DNA from: a virus
Lineage: Duplodnaviria > Heunggongvirae > Uroviricota > Caudoviricetes
DNA length: 27,225 nucleotides
IMG/VR virus record: IMGVR_UViG_2541047770_000002
Direction: 5' to 3' (one strand)
Shown here: positions 24,837 to 27,225 of the stretch, one piece after another
Layout of the letters: the number at the start of each line of letters is the position of its first letter
How positions within the stretch are numbered: position 1 is the first letter of the stretch
Notes under the pieces: generated by a model
Seen by the model: only the letters and a program-made list of their open reading frames with translations
Database searches by the model: none
What the model was told of the DNA's origin: nothing
Position numbers and translations under genes: made by a program

Positions 24837-26378
24837 ATGCCAACAGTTCCAATTTCTATGAGAAAACTTAAAGAAATTCTTAGGCTTAAATACGGTGTTG
24901 GACTCAGCCATCGACAAATTGGTCGTAGTCTTGCAATCTCCCCTTCCGTTGTATCCAGATATGCTAATCGGGCGGCTCAACTTGGCATAAAGCAGTGGCC
25001 CTTACCTACAGGATGGGATGATACAAAACTAAAACATGCGTTCCTTCAGACCCAGGTTAAGATGAAGAAGCACTCTCTGCCTGACTGGGCTACAGTACAC
25101 CGGGAACTGCGTAATAAATGCGTGACGCTGCAGCTACTCTGGGAAGAATACTGTGAGCGTAATCCAGGCGGTTTTTACAGCTATAACCATTACTGCCGGA
25201 TGTACCGTGAATGGCTCAAAACCACTTCACCATCAATGCGTCAGGTACATAAAGCTGGCGAAAAACTTTTCGTTGATTACTGTGGACCTACCGTTGGCGT
25301 TACCGACCCTGAGACCGGAGAAATAAAAACTGCTCAGGTCATCGTAGCTGTTCTCGGGGCATCAAGTTACACATGGGCAGAGGCCACCTGGTCTCAGCAG
25401 CTTGAAGACTGGGTGATGAGTCATGTTCGCTGCTTCCAGTGGTTGGGTGGCGTTCCTGAACTTGTTGTTCCGGACAATCTGAAAAGCGCCACATCCAGGG
25501 CATGTAAGTATGATCCTGACGTTAACCCTACCTACCAGCAGATGCTTGAGCATTATAATGTCGCAGTTTTGCCTGCGCGGCCACGTAAACCGAAAGATAA
25601 AGCCAAAGCTGAAGTTGGCGTTCAGGTTGTTGAACGCTGGATCATGGCCCGAATCAGGCATGAGATCTTCTACAGCCTTGCATCGCTTAATCAGCGCATT
25701 CGGGAGTTGCTGGAAAGACTGAATAACAAAATAATGCAGAAGTTGGGTTATTCACGTGCAGAACTCTTCATCCAGCTTGATAAACCCGCACTGAAGCCTC
25801 TTCCTGAAGCCAGTTACAGTTACACCCTGGTGAAGAAAGTCAGAGTTCATGCCGATTACCACGTGGAAATCGACAAACATTACTACTCGGTTCCATGTTC
25901 GCTGTTAGGCCAGCAACTGGAAGCATGGATCTCCGGAGAACTGGTAAGACTCTTCAATCAGGGGCAGGAGGTTGCTGTGCACCCGCGCAAGCGTACTTAT
26001 GGCTACAGTACCCGCAACGAGCACATGCCTGAAGCTCATCGACAGCATGCCACCTGGACGCCAGAGCGTCTTCTGGAATGGGCGGGGCACATAGGCAGTG
26101 AAACTCATAGTTATGTGCTTCATATACTGAACTCTCGTCCACATCCGGAACAAAGCTATCGCTTCTGCCTTGGACTCCTGAACCTTCATAAAAAATACAG
26201 TAAAGCCAGACTTAATGCAGCATGTGCAAGAGCTCTGAAAACAAAGGTATGGCGTCTGTCAGGTATTAAATCGATCCTGGAAAAAGGTCTGGATAAACAA
26301 CCTGTTCAGGATCCAAAACCAGATCTGTTATCCACGATGGAACACGAAAACGTACGCGGCAGTGAGTATTACCACTGA
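24837..26378 (+). CDS. istA: IS21-family transposase IstA
   Basis: 513 aa; N-terminal HTH (GLSHRQIGRSLAISPSVVSRY), DDE-type core; followed 11 nt later by istB. Confidence 0.85.
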   Translation: MPTVPISMRKLKEILRLKYGVGLSHRQIGRSLAISPSVVSRYANRAAQLGIKQWPLPTGWDDTKLKHAFLQTQVKMKKHSLPDWATVHRELRNKCVTLQLLWEEYCERNPGGFYSYNHYCRMYREWLKTTSPSMRQVHKAGEKLFVDYCGPTVGVTDPETGEIKTAQVIVAVLGASSYTWAEATWSQQLEDWVMSHVRCFQWLGGVPELVVPDNLKSATSRACKYDPDVNPTYQQMLEHYNVAVLPARPRKPKDKAKAEVGVQVVERWIMARIRHEIFYSLASLNQRIRELLERLNNKIMQKLGYSRAELFIQLDKPALKPLPEASYSYTLVKKVRVHADYHVEIDKHYYSVPCSLLGQQLEAWISGELVRLFNQGQEVAVHPRKRTYGYSTRNEHMPEAHRQHATWTPERLLEWAGHIGSETHSYVLHILNSRPHPEQSYRFCLGLLNLHKKYSKARLNAACARALKTKVWRLSGIKSILEKGLDKQPVQDPKPDLLSTMEHENVRGSEYYH

Positions 26379-26389
26379 TACGGGATCCA

Positions 26390-27139
26390 ATGATGAATCA
26401 TCTTTACGAACAACTGACCGCACTTAAACTCACCGGCTTCCGTGATGCGCTTAAAAAGCAACTTGCTCAGCCGGGCACATACCAGGAGCTGGGCTTCGAA
26501 GAACGCCTGTCATTACTGACAGCAGAAGAACTAACCTGCCGTGAAAACAGGAAGGCAGAGCGTCTGATCAAACATGCACGGTTCAGACTTAATGCTGAGT
26601 TATCAAAGCTGGATTATCGTAACAATAGAGGGCTGGACAGGGCCCTCATCCGTTCACTCAGTCAGGGAAACTGGTTAACCCTGAAACAAAATATTTTACT
26701 GACCGGGGCCACCGGCAGCGGTAAAACGTTCCTGGCATGTGCACTTGGTCATAATGCCTGCCGACAGGGATACAAGGTCTACTATTATCGCCTTAAAGCG
26801 CTGATGGAACAGTGCTATCAGGGGCATGCTGATGGAAGATACAGCAAACTTTTGACCAGGCTGAATAATAGCGATCTGCTGCTTCTGGATGACTGGGGGC
26901 TGGAACCTCTCTCATCAGAACAGCGTAGCGACCTGCTGGAAATAGTGGATCTGATGTACCAACGAGGCTCAATCATCGTAGTGAGCCAGTTGCCGGTGGA
27001 AAACTGGTACAAAATGATCGGAGACTCCACACATGCGGATGCCATCCTAGATCGACTGGTTCATGGCAGTATCAAGATCGAACTTAAAGGAGAATCAATG
27101 CGGAAAATACAATCTCCGTTGACCGAAGGAGATCAGTGA
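26390..27139 (+). CDS. istB: IS21-family helper ATPase IstB
   Basis: 249 aa; Walker A LLTGATGSGKTFLACALG, Walker B LLLLDDWG; canonical IstB size. Confidence 0.85.
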   Translation: MMNHLYEQLTALKLTGFRDALKKQLAQPGTYQELGFEERLSLLTAEELTCRENRKAERLIKHARFRLNAELSKLDYRNNRGLDRALIRSLSQGNWLTLKQNILLTGATGSGKTFLACALGHNACRQGYKVYYYRLKALMEQCYQGHADGRYSKLLTRLNNSDLLLLDDWGLEPLSSEQRSDLLEIVDLMYQRGSIIVVSQLPVENWYKMIGDSTHADAILDRLVHGSIKIELKGESMRKIQSPLTEGDQ

Positions 27140-27164
27140 AGGTAATTTAAAAACGGTTCTGTGA

Positions 27165-27224
27165 AAGTGACACGAACCGATCTCCATCGATGTTACTCAC
27201 CGATCTCCTTCACGGTAATACGCA
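27165..27224. repeat. Right terminal inverted repeat region of IS
   Basis: Reverse complement TTGCGTATTACCGTGAAGGAGATCGGTGAGTAACATCGATGGAGATCGG aligns with left end (24643..24700). Confidence 0.6.
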
Positions 27225-27225
27225 A

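Larger units (their letters stand above)
24644..27224 (+). mobile_element. IS21-family insertion sequence (istA-istB), right terminus at or beyond window edge
   Basis: Imperfect terminal inverted repeats beginning TGCGTATT (24644) and ending AATACGCA (27224) with repeated GGAGATC / CATCGATGGAGATC motifs at both ends; encloses 513-aa IstA-type transposase and 249-aa IstB-type ATPase; about 2.58 kb; AT-richer than the phage. Confidence 0.8.

Overview
The window is a GC-rich temperate prophage of the Mu-like (transposable) type, with an IS21-family insertion sequence at its right edge. No rRNA, tRNA or CRISPR array was seen.

Layout, left to right:
- 1..15841, minus strand: one tightly packed late operon (translationally coupled ATGA/TAATG junctions). 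Reading in transcription order: holin-like, SLT endolysin, embedded Rz/Rz1-like spanins, terminase small and large subunits, portal, Mu F-like and G-like proteins, head protease/scaffold, major capsid, tail sheath, tail tube, tail chaperone with an overlapping second-frame ORF, and a tape measure gene that runs off the window start.
- 15842..18309: accessory genes between the late operon and the immunity region, including a hypothetical protein with a Walker-A-like motif, two small ORFs with overlapping divergent starts, and a clear Dam-family adenine methyltransferase.
- 18305..20222, minus strand: a visibly AT-rich immunity island. A CI-type repressor is followed on the same strand by a 297-aa soluble protein and a ~145-aa four-helix membrane protein, the same layout as lambda cI-rexA-rexB.
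- 20223..24624, plus strand: early operon with a Ner-like protein, a small winged-helix protein, a coiled-coil protein, a Mu A-like DDE transposase and a Mu B-like AAA+ ATPase.
- 24644..27224: an IS21-family element (istA, istB) with GATC-rich terminal repeats, starting 19 bp after the B gene.

The repressor-linked two-gene module is the best candidate for an undescribed lysogen-expressed exclusion or abortive-infection system. All calls rest on reading the ORF translations, start-codon context and repeats by eye; no database search or computation was run, and family names are from memory.
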